Origin: an uncultured Phycisphaerales bacterium
Lineage (GTDB): Bacteria > Planctomycetota > Phycisphaerae > Phycisphaerales > SM1A02
Direction of reading: 5' to 3'
Assembly (NCBI GenBank): GCA_938084645.1
Contig: CALKEP010000002.1
Span: 64,001 to 128,000, forward strand
Length of the DNA stretch: 64,000 nucleotides
The notes under the pieces are model-generated. The model made no database searches. It was not told where the DNA came from and saw only the letters and a program-made list of their open reading frames with translations. The position numbers and the translations under genes were made by a program. Position 1 is the first letter of the stretch. Each line of letters opens with the position of its first letter. Positions 9,662 through 20,100 of the stretch are shown in pieces.

Positions 9662-11562
9662 CAGGCATCCCCCTCCGGTCCGACGCCGACCGGCCGTCGC
9701 GCCGGCGCTTCGAGGATGAAGTCCGCGATGATCGCCATCGCGGCCTCGTCCATGGTGGTCTTGATCGCCCCGTACTCGTCGGGTCCACCGGTGATGGCCG
9801 GCTGGAGCATGTGGTTCAGGCCCGCGAGGCGAACCACCTCGATCGAGCCGCCGCCGTTTCGAACCGCCTCCTCGATCGCCGGCAGATTGATGTCGGCGGC
9901 GACCTGGGTGTCGAGCGTTCCATTGATCGCGAGCACCGGCACCTCGACCTCCCGCCAGGCCGTCGCTGGATCGAACCGGATGAAGTTGGTCATCCAAGGT
10001 GATGTCATCTGCGCCACGGCGGCCTCTTCGAGCCTCGCCCGGATGTCGTCGGTGAAGGGCTCGGGCTGAAGCTTCTCCTGGGCCGAATGCAGACCCCGAA
10101 TCGCCTCGAGCAGGGCGGTCTCGTCGATCGGTTCCCCGCGAACCACCGTGAGGAGCCGCTTCTGGGCCTGCGAGATCGTCTCGATGACCGCTTCGTCCAC
10201 GGAGGAGGCGCGGTAGATCCGGGGGAGTTGATCCTCGAGCACCCGTCCACCGTCGACGCCGCAGCCCGCGATCGAGACCAGGAACGCCGGCTTCGCCGCC
10301 GAGTCCGTCGACGCCTGTCCCGCGGCCACCAGGGCGACCACCGCCCCGCCTTCGCTGTGGCCCGCGAGTCCGCAGCGGGCTTCATCGACGCCGGCCGTCT
10401 TCCGCAGGAACGCCAGGGCGGTCGCGGCATCGTCGGCGAAGTCGTGCGTGATCGCGCTCGCGAAGTCGCCCGTGCTCGCCCCCACGCCTCGATCGTCGAA
10501 GCGAAGACACGCGATGCCGGCGCTGGTGAGGCGATCCGCGAGGACCAGGAACGGGCGATGCCCGAGCACCGTCTCGTCCCGATCCTGAGGCCCGCTTCCA
10601 GAGACGAGCACCACGCCAGGGACACCACGCTCCCCGGTCTCCCGCGGAATGGTCAGCGTCCCATGCAGTTCGTGCCCCCTGGGCGATGGCATGACGACTT
10701 CGACCACCTCGTAGGGGAATGGCGGCTTCGGCTCCTGTGGTCGGAAATCCGCGACGACCGCGGGCCCTTCGGCGGGTGAGAACGTCACCGGCAGTTCGGT
10801 CGGCCCCTGGGTGAAGGTTCCTTCCCATGACCCGTCGACCGGCGAGATCGCCAGCGAGACCGGCACCGGCATCCCGACTCGGAAGACGATCGATCCCGGT
10901 CGGGACTCGGCGAGCGTGGCGGTCGCCTCGGGGTCCGTGAACATCACGATCCGGTTCACGCCCTGGGCGGGAATGTCCATCTCCGCGGCGATCGCTCCAT
11001 CCACCTCCCCCAGCAGGATGGAGAACGGGAGACGTGCGCCTCCAGGAAGCTGAAGCACCGCGTCGTGTCGCTCGACTTCCGCGATCTGGAGGAGATCGGG
11101 CACCGGCCGCAGGACGAACGCATGGTCGACTCCACCCATCTCCCCGAGGACCTCACCCTTGAAACGGAGGACGCCCGCGATCCCCGCGGACGTCGCGGCG
11201 CGGAGATCCATCTGGCAGGTGACGCCGACCGAGGCGAAGTCGAGCCGGACCACCCCGTCCTCGACCGTCCGACGGTTCGGTGTTCCGGAGAACATCCCCA
11301 GCACCGGAATGCTCGCCGTGATCGACGACGGTTCGGTCGATCCGTCGACCACCAGCTGGATCATCACGGGTCGCGGGAAGGGCTCGACTTGCACCTCGGC
11401 CACCCACCGTCCGTCGGGAAGCGACGAGATCGAACTCGTCTCGGTGATCGGGGGTTCGTCCGCGATCGCGGTGGCGAACCGCGTCGAGGCGATGGCCGAC
11501 GACGGCGTCGAGATCGCGAACGCCGCCGATGCCAGCACGTTGAACACTGCGGTCGGACTCAT
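9661..11562 (-). CDS. Secreted alpha/beta hydrolase with N-terminal extension
   Basis: Signal-like N-terminus; 'SGSGPQDRDE', nucleophile motif 'GHSEGG', 'DTQV', 'LNHML'. Confidence 0.85.
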   Translation of the reverse strand: MSPTAVFNVLASAAFAISTPSSAIASTRFATAIADEPPITETSSISSLPDGRWVAEVQVEPFPRPVMIQLVVDGSTEPSSITASIPVLGMFSGTPNRRTVEDGVVRLDFASVGVTCQMDLRAATSAGIAGVLRFKGEVLGEMGGVDHAFVLRPVPDLLQIAEVERHDAVLQLPGGARLPFSILLGEVDGAIAAEMDIPAQGVNRIVMFTDPEATATLAESRPGSIVFRVGMPVPVSLAISPVDGSWEGTFTQGPTELPVTFSPAEGPAVVADFRPQEPKPPFPYEVVEVVMPSPRGHELHGTLTIPRETGERGVPGVVLVSGSGPQDRDETVLGHRPFLVLADRLTSAGIACLRFDDRGVGASTGDFASAITHDFADDAATALAFLRKTAGVDEARCGLAGHSEGGAVVALVAAGQASTDSAAKPAFLVSIAGCGVDGGRVLEDQLPRIYRASSVDEAVIETISQAQKRLLTVVRGEPIDETALLEAIRGLHSAQEKLQPEPFTDDIRARLEEAAVAQMTSPWMTNFIRFDPATAWREVEVPVLAINGTLDTQVAADINLPAIEEAVRNGGGSIEVVRLAGLNHMLQPAITGGPDEYGAIKTTMDEAAMAIIADFILEAPARRPVGVGPEGDA

Positions 11563-11623
11563 CACCTGCGGCTCCCGGGGTCTGACGATCGGTCTCGTCC
11601 CGCGGAAGACGGCACCCCGCGGA

Positions 11624-11996
11624 TCAGGCCGAATCGTACCGGATCATCCGATCCACCACGTTTCCGTCACCGATGATCGTCACCTTCGGACGGTGGGCGT
11701 CCATCTCCTCGACGGTCATGTGACAGAACGACATCACGAGCACGTTGTTCCCGGGAGTCGTCACCCGCGTTGCGACGCCGTTGATGCCGATGATGCCCGA
11801 GCCGGGCTCGCCCTTGAACACGCAGGTCTCGAAGCGACTGCCGCTGTCGACGTCGCAGACCAGGACCTTCTCGTCGATGCGACGCCCCGTGGCGTCCAGC
11901 AGGTCGGTGTCGATGGTGATCGAGCCGACGTGGTCCGGATCCGCACTGGGTGACCTTCGCGCCGTGGATCTTGGCGACCAGGACCTCCCGCAGCTG
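11624..11996 (-). pseudogene. panD: Aspartate 1-decarboxylase, frameshifted and degenerate
   Basis: 'LREVLVAKIHGAKVTQC' and 'DPDHVGSITID...RFETC...IGINGVA' are in different frames (one extra base at about 11942); no ATG start. Confidence 0.85.
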
Positions 11997-12000
11997 CTCT

Positions 12001-12408
12001 TCAGTCTCCTTCTCTCGACGCGGCGGGGTCTTCGGGCCGTCTCCATTCGACGCTGGCCCCGGACTTCCAGAGCGTCTCGATGTCGTAGTAGAACCGCTGT
12101 TCGGGCTCGAACAGATGAATCACCACGTCGACGAAGTCGGCCACCACCCAGGTGCCGCCCGAGTCACGGTTCGTCCGATACGGGGGTTCACCGCGGTCCT
12201 TGCCGAGATCCTCGAGGGCCTGTGCGACCGACTTCATCTGCCGGCTGCTGGTTCCGCTCGCGACCACGATGTAGTCGGAGACCTGGCTCAGGCCCTGGAC
12301 GTCGAGCACCTTGACGTCCGAGCATTTCATGTCGGAGCAGGTCCGGGCGCACTCGATGGTGAACGCCCGGACCTGCTCCGGATCACTGTTGGATCTGGTC
12401 CGACTCAA
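12001..12408 (-). CDS. rsfS: Ribosome silencing factor RsfS/Iojap
   Basis: 'DYIVVASGTSSRQMKS', 'WVVADFVDVVIHLF', 'FYYDIETLW'. Confidence 0.95.
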   Translation of the reverse strand: MSRTRSNSDPEQVRAFTIECARTCSDMKCSDVKVLDVQGLSQVSDYIVVASGTSSRQMKSVAQALEDLGKDRGEPPYRTNRDSGGTWVVADFVDVVIHLFEPEQRFYYDIETLWKSGASVEWRRPEDPAASREGD

Positions 12409-12412
12409 GAGG

Positions 12413-14980
12413 TCACAATCCGATGAGGCTCGAGATGGTCGGCCCCACCTTGACGATGAGGGCTGCGAACACCACCGACACCACGCTGACCAGCTTGATC
12501 AGGATGTTGAGGGCGGGACCGGAGGTGTCCTTGAAGGGATCGCCGACGGTGTCGCCGACCACGCCGGCCTTGTGGGCGTCGGAGCCCTTGCCGCCGAACT
12601 TCCCGGTCTCGATGTACTTCTTGGCGTTGTCCCAGGCACCACCGGCGTTCGCCATGAAGATCGCGACCGCGAAACCACAGACGAGCGTACCGGCGAGGAG
12701 GCCCATCACCCCGGCGACGCCGAGGATGAGTCCGACCACGATCGGAACCGCGACCGCCATCAGGGAGGGAACCACCATCTCCTTCTGCGCGCCCGCGGTC
12801 GAGATGTCGACGCAGGACGCGTAGTCGGGATACTCCTTGCCGTCGACGTCGACCCGGTAGGGCCACTTCAGGGGATCCGCGATGTCCTCGTCGGACATGC
12901 CGTCCTTCTTGAACGCCGCCTTCATGATCTTGAACTGGCGTCGACACTCGTCGATCATCGCGAAGGCCGCCCGGCCCACCGCGTTCATGGTCATCGCACA
13001 GAAGACGAACACCAGCATCACGCCGAGGAAGAGACCGGCGAGCACCTTCGGATTCATCAGGGTGACGTTGTAGTACTGGAGCAACTGCGGGATGGTCGCC
13101 GTCTTGGTCGAGACGATCTCGAAGAAGTAGGACGTCTCGCCGTCCTGCATCTCGAAGAGGGAACCGTCGCCGAGGGGCTTGGCGTCGGTGACCTTCCAGC
13201 CGCCGGAAGCGAAGCCATCGAGGATGACCGACCGATCGCGAGCGGCGAGCAGGAGCCCGCCGACCGGGGCCGGCATGTCACCGCCGGGGTTCCCGTCCAT
13301 CGCGAAGACGCCGTGGCCCTCGTACACGAAGGTCTCGGCCTGGACCTGCTCCGGCGTCGCGGAGACGACGCCGAGATTGGTCTTCACGGTGATCACGTAG
13401 GCCGCGAGCAGGGCGAGGGCGGTGAGCGCCGCCGAGCCGATCGCGAAGCCCTTGCCGGTCGCCGCGGTGGTGTTGCCGAGCGAGTCGAGCATGTCGGTCC
13501 GCTCACGGACGTAGGGCTCCTGGTGGGTCATCTCGGCGTTTCCGCCGGCGTTGTCCGCGATCGGCCCGTAGGCGTCGGTCGCGAGCGTGATGCCCAGCGT
13601 CGAGAGCATGCCGACCGCGGCGATGCCGACGCCGAACACACCCATCAGGAAGGTGTCACCACCGCCTGCGGCGACGAAGGAGACGAGGATCGCGACCACC
13701 ACGGTGATCAGCGGAATCCAGGTCGACTTCATGCCTTCGGCGATGCCGGAGATGATCACGGTCGCAGGTCCCATCTGGGCCTGCTCGGCGATCCGCTGCG
13801 TCGGTGCGTGCTCGTAGGAGGTGTACTGCTCGGTGCCCCAGGCGATCACGAGGCCGGACAGCAGGCCGACCACGATCGCGATCCAGAGCCGCCACCAGAT
13901 CACGCCGGCGTCCGCCATCTCGGGACTTCCGAGGGCGAACCAGAGCAGACCGGCGGAGCCGAGCACGATCAGTCCGGAACTCGCCCAGACACCACCATGG
14001 AGACTCTTCAGGAGCTGGGCGAGCGAGGCGCCTTCCTTCGTGCGAACCACGAAGATCGAGAGGATCGACGCGAGAATGCCCAGACCGGCGAGGGCCGGCG
14101 GGACGGTCACGAGCCGAAGGCCGTCGACATCGCCGAGGGAGAGCTGGACGGCGGCCGCGGCGGCGAGGGCCATGGCCGCGAGCACCGAGCCGTAGTAGGA
14201 CTCGTAGAGGTCGGCACCCATGCCGGCGACGTCGCCGACGTTGTCGCCGACGTTGTCCGCGATGGTCGCGGGGTTGCGGGCGTCGTCCTCGGGAATGCCC
14301 GCTTCGACCTTGCCGACGAGGTCGGCACCGACGTCCGCGGCCTTGGTGTAGATGCCGCCACCGACGCGGGCGAACAGGGCCTGCAACGAGGCACCCATCG
14401 CGAAGCTCAGGGTGACGGTGGTGATGTCGACGAGGCCGCCGGCGAAGGAATCGCCCAGGACGACGTAGAAGATGAAGAACCAGAGGGAGATGTCGAGCAG
14501 GGCGAAGCCCGTCACGCAGAGACCCATGACCGCACCGGCACGGAAGGCGACGGTGAGGCCCTGGTTGAGCGATTCCTTCGCGGCCGCGGTGGTCCGGGCC
14601 GAGGCGTTGGTCGCCGTCTTCATCCCGAAGAAGCCGCAGAGACCGGAGAGAAGGCCGGCGACGGCGACGCCACCGACGGTCCAGAAGTCCTGAAGGCCGC
14701 CGGCGGCCATGAGGCCGAGCAGCACGAGCAGGGCGACGAACACGCCCGTCACGATCCGGTTCTGTCGTCCCAGATACGCACCGGCACCGTCTCGGACCGC
14801 CTTCGCGATCCGCACCATCTCCGCGTCACCTTCCGTGTGGCCCATGACGGACTTGTAGAAGAGGAGTGCGGCGATCAGGGCGCAGATCGCGCCGATCGGA
14901 GCAAGGAACCACGCCGGCGCCTCGGCGATGCCGGGCATTTCAGCGAGGAAGAGGGCTTGGGACTGAAGCATCGTGTTCAT
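12413..14980 (-). CDS. hppA: Membrane-bound cation-translocating pyrophosphatase, K+-dependent type
   Basis: 'GGGIYTKAADVGADLVGKVE', 'DNVGDNVGD', 'GNTTAA', 'GDTVGDPFKDTSGP'. Confidence 0.97.
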   Translation of the reverse strand: MNTMLQSQALFLAEMPGIAEAPAWFLAPIGAICALIAALLFYKSVMGHTEGDAEMVRIAKAVRDGAGAYLGRQNRIVTGVFVALLVLLGLMAAGGLQDFWTVGGVAVAGLLSGLCGFFGMKTATNASARTTAAAKESLNQGLTVAFRAGAVMGLCVTGFALLDISLWFFIFYVVLGDSFAGGLVDITTVTLSFAMGASLQALFARVGGGIYTKAADVGADLVGKVEAGIPEDDARNPATIADNVGDNVGDVAGMGADLYESYYGSVLAAMALAAAAAVQLSLGDVDGLRLVTVPPALAGLGILASILSIFVVRTKEGASLAQLLKSLHGGVWASSGLIVLGSAGLLWFALGSPEMADAGVIWWRLWIAIVVGLLSGLVIAWGTEQYTSYEHAPTQRIAEQAQMGPATVIISGIAEGMKSTWIPLITVVVAILVSFVAAGGGDTFLMGVFGVGIAAVGMLSTLGITLATDAYGPIADNAGGNAEMTHQEPYVRERTDMLDSLGNTTAATGKGFAIGSAALTALALLAAYVITVKTNLGVVSATPEQVQAETFVYEGHGVFAMDGNPGGDMPAPVGGLLLAARDRSVILDGFASGGWKVTDAKPLGDGSLFEMQDGETSYFFEIVSTKTATIPQLLQYYNVTLMNPKVLAGLFLGVMLVFVFCAMTMNAVGRAAFAMIDECRRQFKIMKAAFKKDGMSDEDIADPLKWPYRVDVDGKEYPDYASCVDISTAGAQKEMVVPSLMAVAVPIVVGLILGVAGVMGLLAGTLVCGFAVAIFMANAGGAWDNAKKYIETGKFGGKGSDAHKAGVVGDTVGDPFKDTSGPALNILIKLVSVVSVVFAALIVKVGPTISSLIGL

Positions 14981-15182
14981 CTGGTGGGTGGTCCTTGCGT
15001 GGATACCGGCCGATCGGGCCGGACGTGAACCTGATTGATCTCGAATGGGACGGGAACGGTTTCCCGCCCTCGACCACGACGGCGCCACCACGCGCGACCC
15101 TCAGGGCCGACCCGGTGACTTGGGGGGTACATCGGCGGATCGACGGACCGATCGCCAATCCCGGAGTGTTCATTCTGATGAA

Positions 15183-15380
15183 TCAGCGCGGCGGCATGCC
15201 GACGCGGGCGACCCGAGCGACCCGCTTCCGGGCCTCTCGGCGGTTCCGCTCGGAGGGCTTCTCGAAGTACTGACGCTTCTTCACGTCCTTCGTCAGTCCT
15301 TCCTTCTCGCAGAGCTTCTTGAATCGACGGAGCATCTGCTCCGCACTCTCGCCACCACGGGCCTTGATTCGAATCGCCAT
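15183..15380 (-). CDS. rpsU: 30S ribosomal protein S21
   Basis: 'ESAEQMLRRFKK...KRQYFEKPSERNRR'. Confidence 0.95.
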   Translation of the reverse strand: MAIRIKARGGESAEQMLRRFKKLCEKEGLTKDVKKRQYFEKPSERNRREARKRVARVARVGMPPR

Positions 15381-15702
15381 GACCGTCGCTGCTCCAGACC
15401 GCGAAAAGCGGTATTTCTCGGGGAAGCAAAGCATTACAACCAATCCCCGGCCTCCCCGCAAGGGGCAACCCGCCCGGATGCAGGATTGCGTTCGACTTTC
15501 GAGGCCGAGTTCCGACCACCCGCTTGCCGGATTCCCGCTGGAACGGCCCACCTCCTCCCCTAATCGCATGTTCTGCCGGGCTTTAGAGCGCATCTCGGCC
15601 GACCCACGATCCGGCCCGGCCCCTGGCGAAAGCCGCGTCATGAGCCGGGATCGCCTCATCCCGATAGGCTGGACCCCACCGATCCCGCCCCCAAGGAACA
15701 CC

Positions 15703-16467
15703 GTGCCGCTTCTGGTTGATGCGTACAACGTCCTTCATGTCGTCGGCGTCCTTCCGCCCGATCTCGCGGGCATCGACCTCGAAGAACTGGCCATTCTGAT
15801 CACGAACAGCCGTTTTCGAGGGGAAGAGGCGGTCCTGGTCTGCGACGGCGTGAGCAAGCCGCACCAGGTCGACGAAACCGGCCGGGTTCATGTTCGATTC
15901 GCCGGCCCCGGCGTCACGGCCGATGATCTGATTCTTCGCCTCGTCCGCGGATCCTCGGCCCCCCGACGGCTCACCGTCGTGACGAGCGACCGGGAGATCG
16001 TGGTGAACGCCCGCCGTCGTCGAGCCACGGTGATCTCGTCCGAGGCGTTTCTGGAGTTCCTCGCATCGGACCGGCAGCGTCCCGCCTCGGGTGGGGGCAC
16101 GCCGACTTCGACCCCCGCGAGCCAGGCGGCGGACCGAAGGCAGGTCGAACACTGGCTCCGGGTCTTCGGCGTCGACGAGGAACTGCTCGATCTCGGATCG
16201 GGCGCGATCGATGCCGACGCGACCGCCGACCTCCCTGCCCCGAAGAGCCCTGCCCCGCCCAGCGCCAAGCCGGACCCACCCGACCCGCCGATGCCGCGCC
16301 CGGGCGACCATCCCGACTCGCGACCGATCATGAACGCGGAGCATCTCGACGAGATCCGGACCGAAGACGTCCGGTCCCTCGACATGAATCGCCTGCTCGG
16401 CGACGCCGACGAGCCGACGCCGCCCGCGCCGCCGCTGCCCGACGAGACCGATTCGAATCGAGGATGA
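15703..16467 (+). CDS. NYN/YacP-like PIN-family ribonuclease domain protein with Pro-rich C-terminus
   Basis: 'LLVDAYNVL', 'VCDG', 'TADDLI', 'VVTSDRE'; GTG start preceded by AAGGA. Confidence 0.85.
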   Translation: MPLLVDAYNVLHVVGVLPPDLAGIDLEELAILITNSRFRGEEAVLVCDGVSKPHQVDETGRVHVRFAGPGVTADDLILRLVRGSSAPRRLTVVTSDREIVVNARRRRATVISSEAFLEFLASDRQRPASGGGTPTSTPASQAADRRQVEHWLRVFGVDEELLDLGSGAIDADATADLPAPKSPAPPSAKPDPPDPPMPRPGDHPDSRPIMNAEHLDEIRTEDVRSLDMNRLLGDADEPTPPAPPLPDETDSNRG

Positions 16468-16498
16468 TGCCGCCTCCCCGCCTCGCCCGGAGTCTCCG

Positions 16499-17104
16499 AT
16501 GAAACTCGATTTCGACGCACCCCCCGCCGATCCGTTCGACGTCTTCACCGCCTGGTTCGATCACGCGGTCGAACACGCCGGCACGCCGAATCCCAACGCG
16601 ATGACGGTGGCGACCGCGACGCTCGACGCCCGCCCCACCGCGAGAATCGTCCTGCTCAAGCAGTACGACCACCGCGGCTTCGTCTTCTTCACGAATCGGG
16701 AGAGTCGCAAGGGCCTCGAACTCGCCGCCAACCCGCGAGCGGCGCTGCTCCTCCACTGGGACAACCTCGACCGGCAGGTCCGGATCGAGGGTCCGATCGA
16801 GCAGACGACCGAGGCGGAGAGCGACGCGTACTTCGCCAGTCGCCCGATCGAAAGCCGACTGAACGCCATCGCGAGCGATCAGTCCCGGCCGATCGCGAGT
16901 CGTGACGCGCTCGAGGCCAGGAGGGCTTCCACCGATGCCGTGTACGCGGACGGATCAGACCCGGTCAGGCCGCCGCACTGGGGCGGCTACCGCGTCCGAC
17001 CGGACCGCTTCGAATTCTGGCAGGGCCACCCCTTCCGCTTGCACGATCGCGTGACGTACGTGGTGGACGGTGAGGCGTGGAACACCATGAGGCTCATGCC
17101 CTGA
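16499..17104 (+). CDS. pdxH: Pyridoxamine 5'-phosphate oxidase
   Basis: 'ARIVLLK', 'FFTNRESRKG', 'RQVRIEG', 'RPPHWGGY', 'EFWQG...RLHDR'. Confidence 0.97.
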   Translation: MKLDFDAPPADPFDVFTAWFDHAVEHAGTPNPNAMTVATATLDARPTARIVLLKQYDHRGFVFFTNRESRKGLELAANPRAALLLHWDNLDRQVRIEGPIEQTTEAESDAYFASRPIESRLNAIASDQSRPIASRDALEARRASTDAVYADGSDPVRPPHWGGYRVRPDRFEFWQGHPFRLHDRVTYVVDGEAWNTMRLMP

Positions 17105-17156
17105 TCGCGAACCGACGCACGCCGGACCGCCGAGTCTCGAATCCCCGCGCGGATGC

Positions 17157-20100
17157 TCAGTCGTCGGTCGAACCGGTCTTCGCATACCGACGACGACGAT
17201 TCTCGCGCCGGGGTGGGATGAACCCGCCCCGGACCTTCACGCCATCGGCGCCCGCTTCGCGCAGCCGCGCGACGAGATCGTCGTCCGGCACGACCCGAAC
17301 CCCCGGGGCCGCGAGCACCACGTGCCGCCCGCCGTCGAGCCTGAGATGGAGGACCGTCTCCACCGGACGGCCCGACAACGCGTGGACGCTTCCCGCGGCC
17401 TGCTTCAACTGCCCGGAGACGAACTGCATCCGATGCCGCGTGGCGGCCTCGTCGTTTCCGTCGCGGGTCGCGTCGATGAGGATCTCGATCCGGGTCGAGA
17501 GCAGATTCGGAACGCGGTTGAGCGGAATGACCTGCTCCACGACGATCTGAGGTTCGCCGCGGCCGGTCTCGACCTGCCCGACGAGGATCACCGTGGCGTC
17601 GACCTGGATCTGGTCCGCGTACTTGGTGAACGCCTCGCTGAAGACGACCCCTTCGACGGTACCGTGCTTGTCCGACATCGTGAGCATCGCCATCTTCGAA
17701 CCGTTGCGGGTCACCACCGGTCGAACCCGGTTGATCACGCCCGCGAAGACCACCGGCGTCTCGTTTCCAAGACTGCCGACGTCGCGACTTCCCGCGGTGC
17801 AGAACTCCTCGATGAGATCCTGGATGCCGTCGAGCGGATGGCCGGACACGTGGAAGCCCAGCGTCTCCTTCTCCTCGGCGAGCCGGGTCATCTGATCCCA
17901 TGGCTTGACCTCGGGGAGCGGCATCCGTGGTGCGCGATCATCGGCCTCCGCCTCCTCGTCACCGCCGCCGAAGAGCATGTTCTGCCCCGCGGACCGATCC
18001 GCCGCGAGCGTCTTGCCCGCCTTGAACGCATCGGGCACCGCGACGACCATCGCCGCCCGGGCCTCCGCACCGTGAATGGAGTCGAACGCGCCGGCTCGAA
18101 CGAGTGATTCAACCGCCTTCTGGTTGATCCGCGCGTGATCGATTCGTTCGCAGAAGTCGTGCAACGACTCGAAGACCCCGTGCTCCCCGCGGGTCGCGAC
18201 GATCGAGGCGATCCCGTCCTTCGCGATCCCCTTGATCGCCTGCAATCCGAAGCGGACGTGCCCGGCGCAGTTCCCCGGCGTCTCGCCCTCGTCGAAGACG
18301 ACCTTGAAGTCCTCGCCGGAGACGTTGACGTCCGGCGGGCGGACGGTCACGCCCACGTGGGGTCGCTCGGGCGTGGTGTCCGGAAACGGCACCCGCATGC
18401 ATTCCTCGAGGTACACCGACCATTCCTCGACCTTCTTCGCCTGGCTTTCGAAGGTGAGCACCGCGGCCATGTACTGGTTCGGGAAGTAGGTCTTCAAGTA
18501 CGCGGTCTGGTAGGCCACGATCGCATAGCCGGTCGAGTGGCTCTTGTTGAAACCGTACCCCGCGAACTTCAGGATCAGATCGAACAGCTCGTCCGCCTGC
18601 TTGTTGCCGACCCCGTGCTTCTCTGCCCCGGCGACGAAGTCGGACCGGGCGGAATCGATCACGCTCATCTTCTTCTTGGAGATCGCCTTGATCACCGTGT
18701 ACGCGGTTCGAAGCGGGATCCCGCCGAGCCCGTGAAGCACCTGCATCACCTGCTCCTGATACACCATGATCCCGTAGGTCTCCTCGGTGTACCGGTCGAC
18801 GATCTCGTGCACCGATGGAACCGCCTGCGTCCCGTGCTTGCGGGCGTTGTAGTCGGGGATCAGCTCCATGGGGCCGGGACGGAAGAGCGCATTCGCCGCG
18901 ATCAGGTCCTCGAGCCGGTCGGGCTTCATCTCGACCAGGAGCTTCCGCATCCCACCGGATTCGAACTGGAAGATGCCGCTCGTCTCGCCGCGACGGAAGA
19001 GGTCCAGCACCCGCTGGTCGTCCAGCGGCACCCGCTCCATGTCGAGCGGATGGATCGCGGTCCGCGCCGCGGCGGTGCCGGGGGCGGGCATCTCGCGACC
19101 GACCGCCTGCCAGATCGCGGCCTCCGGCACGGACTCCAGCACGAGCTGCCTCGCCCGCTCGATCGTCGAAAGCGTTCGGAGTCCGAGGAAGTCCATCTTG
19201 AGGAGGCCGATCCGCTCGCAGGTCGGGCCGTCCCACTGCGTGACCACGTCGTCGCTTCCCGTCGCCTTGCAGAGCGGCACGATCTCGTCGAGGGGACGCG
19301 TCGCCATGATCACCCCGGCCGCATGGACTCCGGAGTGACGCGCGTGGTTCTCGAGGGCCCGCGCCGCGTCGACCGCCCGCTGGACGCGGGGGTCGGAATC
19401 GCAGGCCTCGCGGAACTCGGGCTCCTTCTGAAGCGCGTCGTCGATCGTGATGTTCAGTTCGGCCGGCACCATGTTGGCGAGCCGTTGTCCGTCGGCGGGC
19501 GCGAATCCCATGACCCGCGCGACGTCCTTGATCGCCGCCTTGGCCTTCAACCGCCCGAAGGTCACGATCTGCGCGACGTGGCCGTACTTCTCGCGGACGT
19601 ACTCGATGGCGTCGGCGCGCCCGTTCTGGCAGATGTCGATGTCGATGTCGGGGTACTCGGCCCGGTCCGGATCCGTGAATCGCTCGAAGAGCAGTCCGTA
19701 GTGGACGGGGCAGGCGTTCGAAAGCCCCAGCACGTAGCCGACCATCGTCCCCACGCCCGATCCACGGGCGTTCGACGGGATGCCCCGTTGCCGCGCCCAG
19801 TTGACGAAGTCCCACACGATCAGGAAGTACGCGGAGATCAACTTGTCCGCGAGCACCTTGAGTTCACGTTCGAGCCGGGCTCGGATCTCGTCGGTCACGC
19901 CGTCCACGCCGTATCGCCAGATCAGGCCGGCTTCGCAGAGATCCCGCAGGGCGCGATCGCAGCCGTCCTTGAGGGCCTCCGCCTCCGCGGCGTCGGACCC
20001 CTGTGAATCGAACGGTCGAAGCTCGAACCGGGCGCAGTACCGCTTGAACCACTCGGTGAGATCGCCGCCGTCGTATTCCGGCGGCTCGCCGGGGTGCACC

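Noticed and set aside
11930..11950. Programmed frameshift in panD
   Set aside because: No slippery sequence or stimulator; the lost start and substitutions favour decay
14981..15182. Possible Na+ riboswitch in the hppA leader; hairpin at 15048-15069
   Set aside because: Only a 9-bp hairpin and a vague resemblance; cannot match a consensus by eye (an Infernal scan with the DUF1646 model would decide)
15381..15702. Possible ncRNA between rpsU and the NYN gene
   Set aside because: A few short hairpins only; no SRP, 6S, RNase P or tmRNA hallmarks; explained by divergent promoters
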